64,000 nt of DNA from Gekko japonicus (taxonomy: Eukaryota): the NCBI RefSeq assembly GCF_001447785.1, contig NW_015160223.1, positions 83,959 through 147,958 of the forward strand, given 5' to 3'. The translations under genes were made by a program, and so were the position numbers. Every line of letters starts with the position of its first letter. The first letter of the stretch is position 1. Shown here one piece after another: positions 48,857 through 60,103 of this stretch. The notes beneath the pieces are model-generated. The model ran no database searches. It saw only the letters and a program-made list of their open reading frames with translations, and was not told where the DNA came from.

Positions 48857-49309
48857 NNNNNNNNNNNNNNNNNNNNNNNNNNNNNNNNNNNNNNNNNNNN
48901 NNNNNNNNNNNNNNNNNNNNNNNNNNNNNNNNNNNNNNNNNNNNNNNNNNNNNNNNNNNNNNNNNNNNNNNNNNNNNNNNNNNNNNNNNNNNNNNNNNNN
49001 NNNNNNNNNNNNNNNNNNNNNNNNNNNNNNNNNNNNNNNNNNNNNNNNNNNNNNNNNNNNNNNNNNNNNNNNNNNNNNNNNNNNNNNNNNNNNNNNNNNN
49101 NNNNNNNNNNNNNNNNNNNNNNNNNNNNNNNNNNNNNNNNNNNNNNNNNNNNNNNNNNNNNNNNNNNNNNNNNNNNNNNNNNNNNNNNNNNNNNNNNNNN
49201 NNNNNNNNNNNNNNNNNNNNNNNNNNNNNNNNNNNNNNNNNNNNNNNNNNNNNNNNNNNNNNNNNNNNNNNNNNNNNNNNNNNNNNNNNNNNNNNNNNNN
49301 NNNNNNNNN
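48857..49309. other. Assembly gap
   Basis: N run. Confidence 1.
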
Positions 49310-50217
49310 CAAAACACGCTCCTGCTGTCGGGGCAGTACATGGCAGGGACTGGGCAGGATGCTGCGGGGTCCAGTTGTTAGATGAGAAGCTGCTGTCGTG
49401 CTGCTAGGCTTTGGAAGAATAGTAAAAGTTTAACGGTGCGCTGTTATTCTGTTTCATTAAATTCAGTCGTGAATTGAGTGGTCTATGCCAGTTATGAAAG
49501 CAGCAAAACTAGGGATTTCTACGTATATGCTGGAATAGCTATCCTGAAAAATGTGACACTGTAAATTAGTCAACAGGAAAAGACTCCCTGAAAGTGGTCT
49601 GTTGAGGGCTGAGTATGTTGGCATGTGGTATGCATATTAAGAGCAACTGATGTGGAGGAGGTAGCCTATTTAATAACATGGAAACTTATAGAATCTGTAG
49701 GGGCGGATTGTGGTGATAGCGGTGAGGGAGTTGGCAAATTGTTTCCCCTCCTGTTCATTGTAAGCCATCAGTCTCTTCTCTAATGTTGAGCTTCTTAACT
49801 GAGTGCCTGTCAGTAGGGTTGTGATGTATAAAATGGATTCTTGTATACTTCTAACCAGTTATGTAGAAAAATATGACTTCATGTATTAAAAAAGATTTGC
49901 ACTCTGTCCCAAAGGTTGGATAAAGAGTAATCATTCTCATTGTCATCCAGAAGGCAAGTCTGTTGAGTGTCCGATAAGGGGTAGAGGGTGGAACAGACCC
50001 ATTTAAACCTGTAGGAACTTGCGGTATTCTGGGAGGTGGTGGGAGTTTCCCAATTCCACAGTTTTTGTAGGCCTTTGTCTTTGAATTTCTGTTTTGAAGA
50101 AATCTGGTACTAGAATAGGGGAGATATATGTGAATTCCCTTTCAGCACCCATCAATACTAATGTATTTTTCCGTGGTTGTTACCTGCAGTGTTTAGAGCC
50201 AGTCCAGTGTCTGCAGG

Positions 50218-50330
50218 ATGCCATACCTAGGCTCAGAGGATACAGTGAAGGAACTGAAGAAAGCGTTGTCTAACCCTCACGTCCAAGCTGACCCTCTTCG
50301 CTATAGGAATGTTATCCAGCGAGTGATCAG
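50218..50330 (+). CDS. AP4B1: AP-4 complex subunit beta-1, first coding exon
   Basis: [38 protein letters not shown]; donor AG|GTGTGT; 113 nt; upstream acceptors CTGCAG ending at 50189 or 50216. Confidence 0.96.
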
Positions 50331-50976
50331 GTGTGTGGCCTGGATTACTTGTGCTACAGTACAATGTCATCATTATTGGAGGATGGTTGTTGAAATTATG
50401 AAGTACGTGAGGTTCTTGATCAATGAGTGGCATATGTACTGATTTTCTTGTGGAAAGGCAGTGCCTGTAGTGATTAGAGAGACTTGGATTCAAATCCTTA
50501 GTTAACCATGAAAGTTTCTGGTTGATCTTGGTTGAGACTTATACTCACAGTTCATATCATTAAGTTACTGTGAGGGTAAGATGAAGAAGCTTCTTGGAGA
50601 AAGGCTTAAATAAAAAATGAAATACCATAAAAACATAAGAAGAACCCTGCTGGATCAGACCAATAGTCCATTTAGTCCAGTATCCAAGCAACAGTATCTT
50701 CTGGAGCTGAGCTGGTATTACTTGCTCAGTGCCCAGAATTTACTTGCTCAATGCCCAGAATGTCCAGGTGTTTCCCAGGACTTCTAGGCACTGCTCTAAG
50801 GGCTCCAATGAGAATTGGCACAATGGTAACCATCTTCATACAAAGACACTCTTATCTCTATTCTTCATTATTATTGTTAGTCAAATTTCTTACCTAGGTA
50901 TAGGACAGAAACTACCTCCCTGTCCCAATTGATGACCTTTGCTGGGAAGATAATAGCAGATATAAAATAAAATAAA

Positions 50977-52320
50977 AAACATAAGAAGAGCCCTGCTGGA
51001 TCAGACCAGTAGTCCATCTAATCCAGCATCCCGTCTCACACAGTAGCAAACCAGTTCTTCTGGATGGCCAACAACAGGGCATAGAGGCCGAGGCCTTCTA
51101 CTGATGTTACTTCCTAGCTCTGGAATTCAGAGGATTAGTGCCTCTAAATCTGGAGGTTCCTCTCAGTCACCATGGCTAGTAGCCATTGATAGACTTGTCC
51201 TCCATGAATCTATCTAATCCCTTTTTAAAGCTGTTTATTCCTGTGGTCATCACTGTATCCTTTGGCAGCGAATTCCACATTTTAATCACCCTCTGTGTAA
51301 AGTAGTGTTCCCTTTAAACTGAGTTATTGTGGGCTAGCTCACAGTTTTTTAGCCTCTGGTTCACACATTTTTGTCTTAGCTGAGGAAGGATGGCTCCAGA
51401 GCAAACTAATTTATGCAGTAGCCAAATCACTCACTCACAACTTTAAAGCCAGTACCTCACAAAGTATAATTTTTCCTCACAAGACTCCACTGCTTAGAGG
51501 GAGCAGTGGTGTAAAGTTGGTTTTTTTTGTCCATCCTGAAGCTTTTGTCCATCAGGTTCATTGGATGCCCTCGAGTTCTAGTATTCTGGGAGAGGGAGAA
51601 AAATTTCTCTTTGTCAATTCGCTGCACCCCATGCATAATTTTATAAACCTCTATTGTGTCCCCCCTTAGTTGTCTCTTTTCTAAACTGACAAGTCCCAGA
51701 TTCTTCAGCCTTTTCTCAGAGGGAAGGTTCTCCGACCCCCTAATAATCTCAGTTGTCATCCTCTGCACTTTTTTCCAACTTTGCGATGTCCTTTTTGAGA
51801 TAGGGGGTCCTGAACTGTACACAGTATTCCAAATGAGGCTGCACCATAGATCTATACAGGGCATTACAATATCAGTTGTTTTATTCTCAGTCCCTTTCCT
51901 AATAATCCCTAACATAGAGTTTGCCTTTTTTCACCACTGCAGCACACTGGTTTGACACTTTCATTGAACTATCCACTATGACCCCAAGATCTTTTTCCCT
52001 TTCAGTCTCAGCAAGTCCAGACTCCATTAACCTGTACTTAAAGCGGGGATGTTTTTTTGTCCCAGTGTGCATCACCTTGTACTTACCAACATTGAACTTC
52101 ATTTGCCACATTGTTGACCACTCACCCAGGTTGTGGATGTCCTCTTGGAGCTCTTCACAGTCAGCCTTGGTTTCACCGTCCTGATTAATTTTGTGTCATC
52201 TGCAAACTTGGCCACTACACTTACTCATCCCTTGTTCCAGATAATTTATGAATAAATTAAATAGTACCAGCCCCAATACCGATGCTTGTGGGACCCCACT
52301 GCTTACTTCCCTCCATTGCA
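50977..52320 (-). mobile_element. CR1 LINE (RT end plus 3'UTR) interrupted by a hAT MITE
   Basis: WQMKFNVGK, EKDLGVIVD, LEKRQLRGD.IEVYKIM, TRTRGHP; KFADD at ~52196-52210; 3' end aacataagaagagccctgctggatcagacc. Confidence 0.9.
51303..51508. mobile_element. hAT MITE nested in CR1
   Basis: TIRs TAGTGTTCCCTTTAAAC...GCTTAGAGGGAGCAGTG; perfect 8-bp TSD GTGTAAAG (51295-51302 / 51509-51516). Confidence 0.85.
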
Positions 52321-52893
52321 ACTGCACTGCTTACTTCCCCTTGTGACCCCACTGTTTACTTTCCTCCATTCCCTGTTACAGAACGGCCATAAATGCGGGG
52401 GGAATAATTTGAAATAGGAAAATGGTTACCTGATAAAGCAAGCTCTAGCTCATGTAAACTTTTGCTGGAATACTTTTATTTGTTTAGAGCATTTGTATTC
52501 CTCCATATAGGGAGCTGACCAGTTTGTGAGGCCACAACAATGCACAGATTAAAAACAAACTGAATTTAAAATCACAAATTACAGACTTCAGATGACACAG
52601 AATTAAAAAAGACATACATTAACAAAACCTCACAAGATTAAACAATACTCAGAATTTTAAAAAAAACACGGAGTCAAGAACACACAAAATTAAAAGGAGC
52701 ACAGCCAAATTGTTGGTCTTCAGGTTGACACTGGACTCCTGTTTTATTTTGCTTCTACAGGCTAAAATAGCTAACAGTATGTAATGGCTGCTTGACAGAA
52801 TATTGAAACATTAATCTGATCTACTTTAATTTTGTGTGTTACTTCAACGTTTTTGTTACTCTATTGAATGTACATAAGAAGTGCTCTTCTGGA

Positions 52894-53381
52894 GGAGTCC
52901 TACTCACATGACTCAACAAGCCAAATTTCCTCCTCGTCAGAATAATCTGAATTGGAGAAAGGAGAGCCGCTCCCAAATTGCAGAAAATGAAGAAATCTAA
53001 GAAGAAAAGACTCTAAAACTAAAGCATGAGTGCTAAGGGCAGTAATTGTGCCAAGCTAATAATTTTATATTTGTATAATCAAACTAATCTCTGTATAACC
53101 TGTATTAATAGGTTTAAAAGATCTATTCTTTTAGCTTTTCAGATCATGATTTGTATTAGTCTTTACCCTATCCCCATATCCAGTAGGAGATTTAGAATAG
53201 AGTGGTAGTTTTCCTTCCCCTATCCAGTAGACTTTATGTATCTAGATCTCCCTGACCCATTTCCCATAGAAATAGTGATAGGGCATTAGTATTCCTTTCC
53301 ACATCCCATATTTGTAGTGTGTAGAGTGTAGAAAATGCAAAATTAAAAAAAAATCCCCTTTGGGGGGCCAAAAAAAAAGAA
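52894..53381 (+). mobile_element. 5'-truncated poly(A) retroposon (L1/Tx1-like 3' end) inserted in a CR1 tail
   Basis: 15-bp TSD AAGTGCTCTTCTGGA (52879-52893 / 53382-53396); A-rich tail. Confidence 0.8.
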
Positions 53382-53465
53382 AAGTGCTCTTCTGGATCAA
53401 ACCAGTGGTCCATCTATTCCAGCATTTTGTTTCGCATAGTGAAGTTGAAGAAACAAACTGGTGCA

Positions 53466-53505
53466 GAGGCCTACGTGTTTCGTGTGCAGCTTCATCGCAG
53501 GAATC
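53466..53505 (-). ncRNA. Degenerate minimal hammerhead ribozyme of the PLE pseudo-LTR
   Basis: Minus: gauuccugcGAUGAagcugcacacGAAACacGUAggccuc. Partial CUGAUGA box plus GAAAC..GUA core, downstream of the GIY-YIG ORF. Confidence 0.5.
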
Positions 53506-54751
53506 TACTGAAATAATATAAAATATAAGAACATGTTTAATACATCATTTCAAAAAATTAGTAAAATACAGGGCAATTTCACAGAGCATATACAGAGTTT
53601 AATTAATAATTAGTTAATATTTAGACAACTGAACCAGCATTGACATCTCTCCTTATATATAATTGAATAGTGGGTGCCAAAGTTCTAAAATGCACTCCTT
53701 TAGTGTATGGACGCTTGAACTGTCAGTCAGAAAACGCTGGCTGGGTTGACTGGCTGCTTTGTGCAGTCCCGCCCAGTGTTTCAAGGTCTTTTGCATATGG
53801 CTGGCTCTTATCTACATGAGTGCCTACCAGGTGATATTCTCATTTAACCCATTAGGGTGCAGAGATTTTAACTTCAAAATCCATTCAGCTTCTTTGCCCA
53901 ACAGAATTCTATCATCCTGTCTCTTAGATTTGAATATAAGCCAAAACAAGAAGTCTGTGGGTTTTTGATTGTGCTCAAAGAAATGTTCCACCAGAGAAGC
54001 ACCAATTCTTTTATGAGATATATTGCTTTTGTGTTCAGATAATCTTAATTTAAGAGGTCTACTAGTCTTGCCAGTATAAATTTTTCCACATCTACATGAT
54101 ATTGCATAGACCACATGATCACTACTGCATGTTGTGAATTCTTTAAGATAATATTATTTATTGTCAGCAGGAGGGTTAGTAAAATATTTCATGCAAAAGC
54201 AGCCATGCCCACAGGGAAAGTGACCCTATGAGGCTGGATTCTGGGAAAACAGATTGTGGATTCTTTTTCTGATGAGTGTTGTTGTGTACTAAGAGATCTT
54301 CCAAGGAAGTTGTTTTTTTTATAACAAACATTCTAGACTATCACATGCAACCAAACTTTTAAAGAGACACACACCCATAAACAAGGAATCGTTACACTGC
54401 ACTTATAGAATTATAAGCCATCAGACTGCATATAAGCCTTCTCAAGTCACTATTTTTTTCTTACCCATTAAAATCTCACTTCTATCTTTAGCAGTGGCCT
54501 TGGTAAGAGATGTTTGTAGAACTTGCTGTGGGTATCCTTTGTCTGCCAAATTTTTCTGCAGTATTGAAGCCTCACTCCGAAAATCTGGTAATCTAGTAAT
54601 CTGAGAAATTGACCAAAAGGTAGTTTATTTCTTACATGTGGGTGGTGGCTATCATATCTGTGGAGGAAATTTTTGTCAGTTTTCTGTGCAGGCTTGTAAA
54701 AATTTATTTATTGTCCATGAAAACCATGTTTAAAAAGTTCATCTGTTTTTT

Positions 54752-54948
54752 AGGTAAAGGTAAAGGTTCCCTTGCTCGAAAGCCAGTCGAATCCGACTCT
54801 AGGGTTGCAGTGCTCATCTCCGTTTCAAAGCCGAAGAGTCAGCGCTGTCCAAAGACATTTCCATGGTCATGTGGCTGGCATGACTAAACACCAAGGCGCA
54901 CGGAACGCTGTTACCTTCCCACTGAAGTGGTTCCTATTTATCTACTTG
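54752..54948 (-). mobile_element. Sauria SINE (Squam1), 3' part, in duplicated unit 1
   Basis: (ACCTTT)n tail, gagatgagcactgcaaccctagagtcgg, gtagataaataggaaccac. Confidence 0.88.
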
Positions 54949-55343
54949 AAAAAACAAGGAATCGTTACACTGCACTTATAGAATTATAAATCATCAGACT
55001 GCATATAAGCCTTCTCAAGTCACTATTTTTTTCTTACCCATTAAAATCTCACTTCTATCTTTAGCAGTGGCCTTGGTAAGAGATGTTTGTAGAACTTGCT
55101 GTGGGTATCCTTTGTCTGCCAAATTTTTCTGCAGTATTGAAGCCTCACTCCGAAAATCTGGTAATCTAGTAATCTGAGAAATTGACCAAAAGGTAGTTTA
55201 TTTCTTACATGTGGGTGGTGGCTATCATATGTGGTGGCTATCATATCTGCGGAGGGAATTTTTGTCAGTTTTCTGTGCAGACTTGTAAAGATGTATTTAT
55301 TGTCCATGAAAACCATAATGTTTAAAAAGTTCATCTGTTTTTT

Positions 55344-55672
55344 AGGTAAAGGTAAAGGTTCCCTTGCTCGAAAGCCAGTCGAATCCGACTCTAGGGTTGC
55401 GGTGCTCATCTCCGTTTCAAAGCCGAAGAGCCAGCGCTGTCCAAAGACATTTCCGTGGTCATGTGGCCGGCATGACTAAACACCAAGGCGCACGGAACGC
55501 TGTTACCTTCCCTACTTGCAATTTCTTGCTTTCGAACTGCTAGGTTGGCAGGAGCTGGAACTAGAGATAGGAGCTCACTCCGTCATGCAGCTCTCGGGTC
55601 TTGAACTGCTGAACTACCGACCTTCCACAGCCTGCAGTTCAGCGTCTCAACCACTTGAGCCACCGCAGCTCC
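55344..55672 (-). mobile_element. Sauria SINE (Squam1), near full length
   Basis: tRNA head ggtggctcaagtggtt...agttcaagaccc, gccaacctagcagttcgaaagc, (ACCTTT)n tail. Confidence 0.9.
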
Positions 55673-56108
55673 TGTAATTCAGATTTTAAATTCATATCTC
55701 TGTTGTCAAGCCAATTGTGGAATGTATGTAATTTTTCTAAGGTACCTTCCATAACACAAAAATGTCATCAATATAATGCCACCATTTTATTTATTTTTAA
55801 CATTTTTTAAATTTAAATTTTTTATTTTTTAAAATCTTTTTTACCATTTTATAATATATATCTGAAACGGATTATCTAAAGAGATACATGAATAGAAAGA
55901 GGCACTGGACCCGGCGGTATAAAATATGAAGCAGAGTGGAAATAAGTAGTACAAGAACTGTTTCCTAATGCATCTTCCCCACCCCCAAGTTTTTAATCTC
56001 AAATTCCTAATGAACATGTTCTTACAGCTTTTTGAGAGTCCTGTTAGATCAGAGTCTTTGTTTTGTGTTTGGTTTGTGTTGTCTTTTCTCCCAAGGGGGT
56101 CTCGTTTC

Positions 56109-56668
56109 NNNNNNNNNNNNNNNNNNNNNNNNNNNNNNNNNNNNNNNNNNNNNNNNNNNNNNNNNNNNNNNNNNNNNNNNNNNNNNNNNNNNNNNNNNNN
56201 NNNNNNNNNNNNNNNNNNNNNNNNNNNNNNNNNNNNNNNNNNNNNNNNNNNNNNNNNNNNNNNNNNNNNNNNNNNNNNNNNNNNNNNNNNNNNNNNNNNN
56301 NNNNNNNNNNNNNNNNNNNNNNNNNNNNNNNNNNNNNNNNNNNNNNNNNNNNNNNNNNNNNNNNNNNNNNNNNNNNNNNNNNNNNNNNNNNNNNNNNNNN
56401 NNNNNNNNNNNNNNNNNNNNNNNNNNNNNNNNNNNNNNNNNNNNNNNNNNNNNNNNNNNNNNNNNNNNNNNNNNNNNNNNNNNNNNNNNNNNNNNNNNNN
56501 NNNNNNNNNNNNNNNNNNNNNNNNNNNNNNNNNNNNNNNNNNNNNNNNNNNNNNNNNNNNNNNNNNNNNNNNNNNNNNNNNNNNNNNNNNNNNNNNNNNN
56601 NNNNNNNNNNNNNNNNNNNNNNNNNNNNNNNNNNNNNNNNNNNNNNNNNNNNNNNNNNNNNNNNNNNN
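56109..56668. other. Assembly gap
   Basis: N run flanked by near-identical sequence. Confidence 1.
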
Positions 56669-56919
56669 GCCGAAGAGCCAGCGCTGTCTGAAGACATTTC
56701 CGTGGTCATGTGGCCGGCATGACTAAACACCAAGGCGCACGGAACGCTGTTACCTTCCCTACTTGCAATTTCTTGCTTTCGAACTGCTAGGTTGGCAGGA
56801 GCTGGAACTAGAGATAGGAGCTCACTCCGTCATGCAGCTCTCGGGTCTTGAACTGCTGAACTACCGACCTTCCACAGCCTGCAGTTCAGCGTCTCAACCA
56901 CTTGAGCCACCGCAGCTCC
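56669..56919 (-). mobile_element. Sauria SINE copy (near-identical to 55422-55672)
   Basis: Direct near-perfect repeat across the gap. Confidence 0.8.
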
Positions 56920-58223
56920 TGTAATTCAGATTTTAAATTCATATCTCTGTTGTCAAGCCAATTGTGGAATGTATGTAATTTTTCTAAGGTACCTTCCATA
57001 ACACAAAAATGTCATCAATATAATGCCACCATTTTATTTATTTTTAACATTTTTTAAATTTAAATTTTTTATTTTTTAAAATCTTTTTTACCATTTTATA
57101 ATATATATCTGAAACGGATTATCTAAAGAGATACATGAATAGAAAGAGGCACTGGACCCGGGGGTATAAAATATGAAGCAGAGTGGAAATAAGTAGTACA
57201 AGAACTGTTTCCTAATGCATCTTCCCCCCCCCCAAGTTTTTAATCTCAAATTCCTAATGAACATGTTCTTACAGCTTTTTGAGAGTCCTTAATCTCAAAT
57301 TCCTAATGAACTTGAAAATATCCAGCCTGGTCTCTATTGGGTCATGATGAGGTGTGGGTACAAAGGACAAGCCTCTGTTTAGAACATGTTCTTACAGCTT
57401 TTTGAGAGTCCTGTTAGATCAGAGTATTTGTTTTGTGTTTGGTTTGTGTTGTCTTTTCTCCCAAGGGGGTCTCGTTTCTGGTGGACAGAATGCTTCTCAT
57501 GAAGGGTGGTGAGGCCCTAGCTCCAAAAAAAGATGTTGTGGTGAATGAATCGTTATCAGTCATGTATTCCTCCCCATCATAGTTGTTTGAAGAGAGGGAA
57601 GTTGAAGCTTTTATTCTGGAGTCAGAAGAGTCCACAAAAGAGACTTTACATGTAGTCTTACATGTGAATTTATCATCTACCTAGTTGTACACTCGGTTGT
57701 TGTCATAATCCATCCTGTCACATGGAAAAATTTGTATTTGAACTCTTGAAGTTGTTACATTAAGCTCTTAAATTGTATATCCAGTTGTTCCAATTTATGT
57801 TCAAGAGTGTTGCCTGATGAAGATTTATGCAAGATAGATGTTTTTGTATCCAGAAGTGTTTTCCATTCGATGACAGATTGACTTGATGTCTCTATAATTA
57901 ATATCATACGGTCTAATGAACATTTATTAAGGATGGAACCTCATCACTTTTGGAATTTTTTGTTGTTCAGAAACAAACCAGGCTCCTTGTTGATTCTAAG
58001 TCCTCTTGGGATATGTTTCACCTGGCAATATTCCAAAAGTGTAGAAGAGTGCAATTCAGTTCTTATTATCTTTTTGCATAGATGTACAAGGTCATTCACT
58101 GAAGGAAGAGTAACACTGGACTCAAAAATAATAGGTTTTTCAAGGAGTTTGTCGATATGACCCAATCCCTTGGGAAGGCCCAACTGGAATACCAGTAATC
58201 AGTGAGGAGGAAAGGGGGCCAAC

Positions 58224-58965
58224 TCACACAGTGGCCAACCAGTTATTCTAGAGGACCAACACCAGGGCACAGAGGCCAAGGCCTTTCCCCAGTGTTACTT
58301 CCTAGCACTGGCATTCAAAGATTTATTGCCTTTGATTGTGGAGGCTCTCTTTAGTCATATCTAGTTCTCTTTTAAAGCCATCAGTGGTTGTGGCCATCAC
58401 TACTTCCTCTGGTGGTGAATTCACATTTTAATAACTTGTTCAGTAAAGAACATCCTTTTGTCTATCCTGAATCTTTTGCCCGTCACCTTCATGAGATGCC
58501 CTTGAGTTCTAGTATTTTGGGGAGGGGAGAAAAAGTTCTCTTTGTCCACAGTCTCTGCCCCATGCATAATTTTATAAACCTTTATCATGTCCCCCCTCAG
58601 TCTCTTTAGCCTTTCCTCACAGGAAAGGTGCTTAAACCCCTTAATCATCTCTGTTCCCTTGTCTATACTTCTGCAATGCCTTTTTTGAAATACAATGACC
58701 AAAACTGTTCACAGTATTCCAAATGAGGCCGCACTATAATAACTCTGTATAAGGGTATTACAGTATGGGCTGTTTTATTTTCAATCCTTTTCCTAATAAT
58801 CCCCAGTATTTATTTATTTATTTATTTAGATTTCTATCCCGCCCTCCCCGAAGGCTCAGTATGAAGTTTACCTTTTCACCCCTGCCATGCACTGAGTTAT
58901 TTTCATTGAGCTATCTGCTATGACCCCAAGGTCTTTTTCCCTCTCTGTTTCCCCATCCACATATA
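58224..58965 (-). mobile_element. CR1 LINE 3' fragment (continuation of 52872-52893 and 53382-53441)
   Basis: RLRGDMIKVYKIM, NTRTQGH; 3'UTR continuous across the L1-like and PLE insertions. Confidence 0.85.
58810..58856 (-). mobile_element. Ultra-short L2 3'-tail insertion in CR1
   Basis: (TTTA)n-gatttctatcccgccctccccgaaggct with TSD CAGTAT (58804-58809 / 58857-58862). Confidence 0.8.
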
Positions 58966-59580
58966 CTTAAAGTATATTTTGTGGAAAAAGTGCTCTGTAG
59001 TGTTTCAAGATACAGTGCACAGATTTTTGCTCAGTTATGTTCCATGTATCTACTGCACTGTATTGGGCCAGGTTTTATGGAAAGCATATTCTTAGTTCTC
59101 ATAAAATTATAACTTCTAAAAAATGTAAAATGGAGAAGTGCTGTCTGTAATTACCTGGATTCAGAGAATGGAAATAGTGCACTGTGCAGCTTCCTGTCTT
59201 TCTTCCCATGGTCTTTGGTTCCCTGTTTTTGTTCTCTTATTCACACAGAAAAACTTGTAGCCCATGCTTAAAGAAAGAAAACTCCATACAAACCGCTCTC
59301 AGATCCTCTTCCAATACTGAGGTCTAAGATATATAAAGATGATGTTGGTATATTTGCTTTGTTTTGCAGAATTTAAAAGGGAAAGGGAAGGAGTAAGGTG
59401 TATAATTTATTCCTTATTGTAGAACTTAGATTAATGCAGATCCTATCATAGATTGTACTTAGACTTCTTGCACTGAGGTGGAAATGCGGGTGAATATTCT
59501 CCTCTAGAATGTTGTGGGCAATTCGTGAATTTGTCAGCCCCTTCTAGTATGAACAAGAATAATGTAATGGTTATCCTAAT

Positions 59581-59763
59581 TTTTGTTGTTGTTCAGTCGC
59601 ACAGTCGAGTCTGGCTCTTCGCAACCCCATGGACCAGGCCTTCCGGTCTTCCGCCGTCCTCTGAAGTTTGCTCAACTTCATTTTCGTTGCATCTATGACA
59701 CTGTCTAACCATCTCATCCTTTGCTGTCCCCGTCTTCTTTGACCTTCAATCTTTCCTGTATTA
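59581..59763 (-). mobile_element. BovB (RTE) LINE 3' end
   Basis: ttgttgttgttcagtcgcacagtcgagtc...gcaaccccatggac...aaccatctcatcct...tcaatctttcc; 12-bp TSD GGTTATCCTAAT (59569-59580 / 59764-59775). Confidence 0.88.
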
Positions 59764-59878
59764 GGTTATCCTAATACAGGCAATGATACCAGTTAGGCTT
59801 TCTTATGATCGTAACATAGATTTTAAAGTAAATGTAATTAGAAATGCATCTTTTAAATAAGTTTTGTCTTGTTTGCAG

Positions 59879-60103
59879 GCATATGACCCAAGGCATAGAC
59901 GTATCGAGCATCTTTATGGAAATGGTTAAAGCTAGTGCTACAATCGATATTGTTCAGAAGAAGCTAGTATACTTGTACATGTGTACATATGCTCCGCTAA
60001 AGCCAGATCTAGCTCTTTTAGCTGTCAACACTCTGCGCAAAGACTGTTCAGACCCCAACCCCATGGTTAGAGGCCTGGCCCTACGCAGCATGTGCAGTCT
60101 CAG
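59879..60103 (+). CDS. AP4B1: AP4B1 coding exon 2
   Basis: TTTGCAG|G; [19 protein letters not shown]...KKLVYLY...[18 protein letters not shown] (adaptin N); donor AG|GTAAG; 225 nt. Confidence 0.97.

Larger units (their letters stand above)
53442..58223 (-). mobile_element. Penelope-like element (Neptune-type), degenerate, with internal deletion, duplications and nested Sauria SINEs
   Basis: GIY-YIG ORF 53824-54114 (VYAISCRCGKIYTGKTSRPLKLRLSEH...E..WI..L....PNGLN); Cys linker GHFPCGHGCFC ~54190-54226; thumb SHHP..VRNKLPFGQFLRL; WWHYIDDIF with YIDD at 55764-55775; RGLSFVPT and FIRNLRLK; N-terminal IPRGLRI. Degenerate TSD TCGCATAGTG / TCACACAGTG. Confidence 0.88.

Noticed and set aside
55422-57478. 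Second large direct repeat (55422-56108 vs 56669-57478) as PLE pseudo-LTR or biological duplication
   Set aside because: Near-identical copies directly flank an assembly gap, typical of an unmerged contig overlap.
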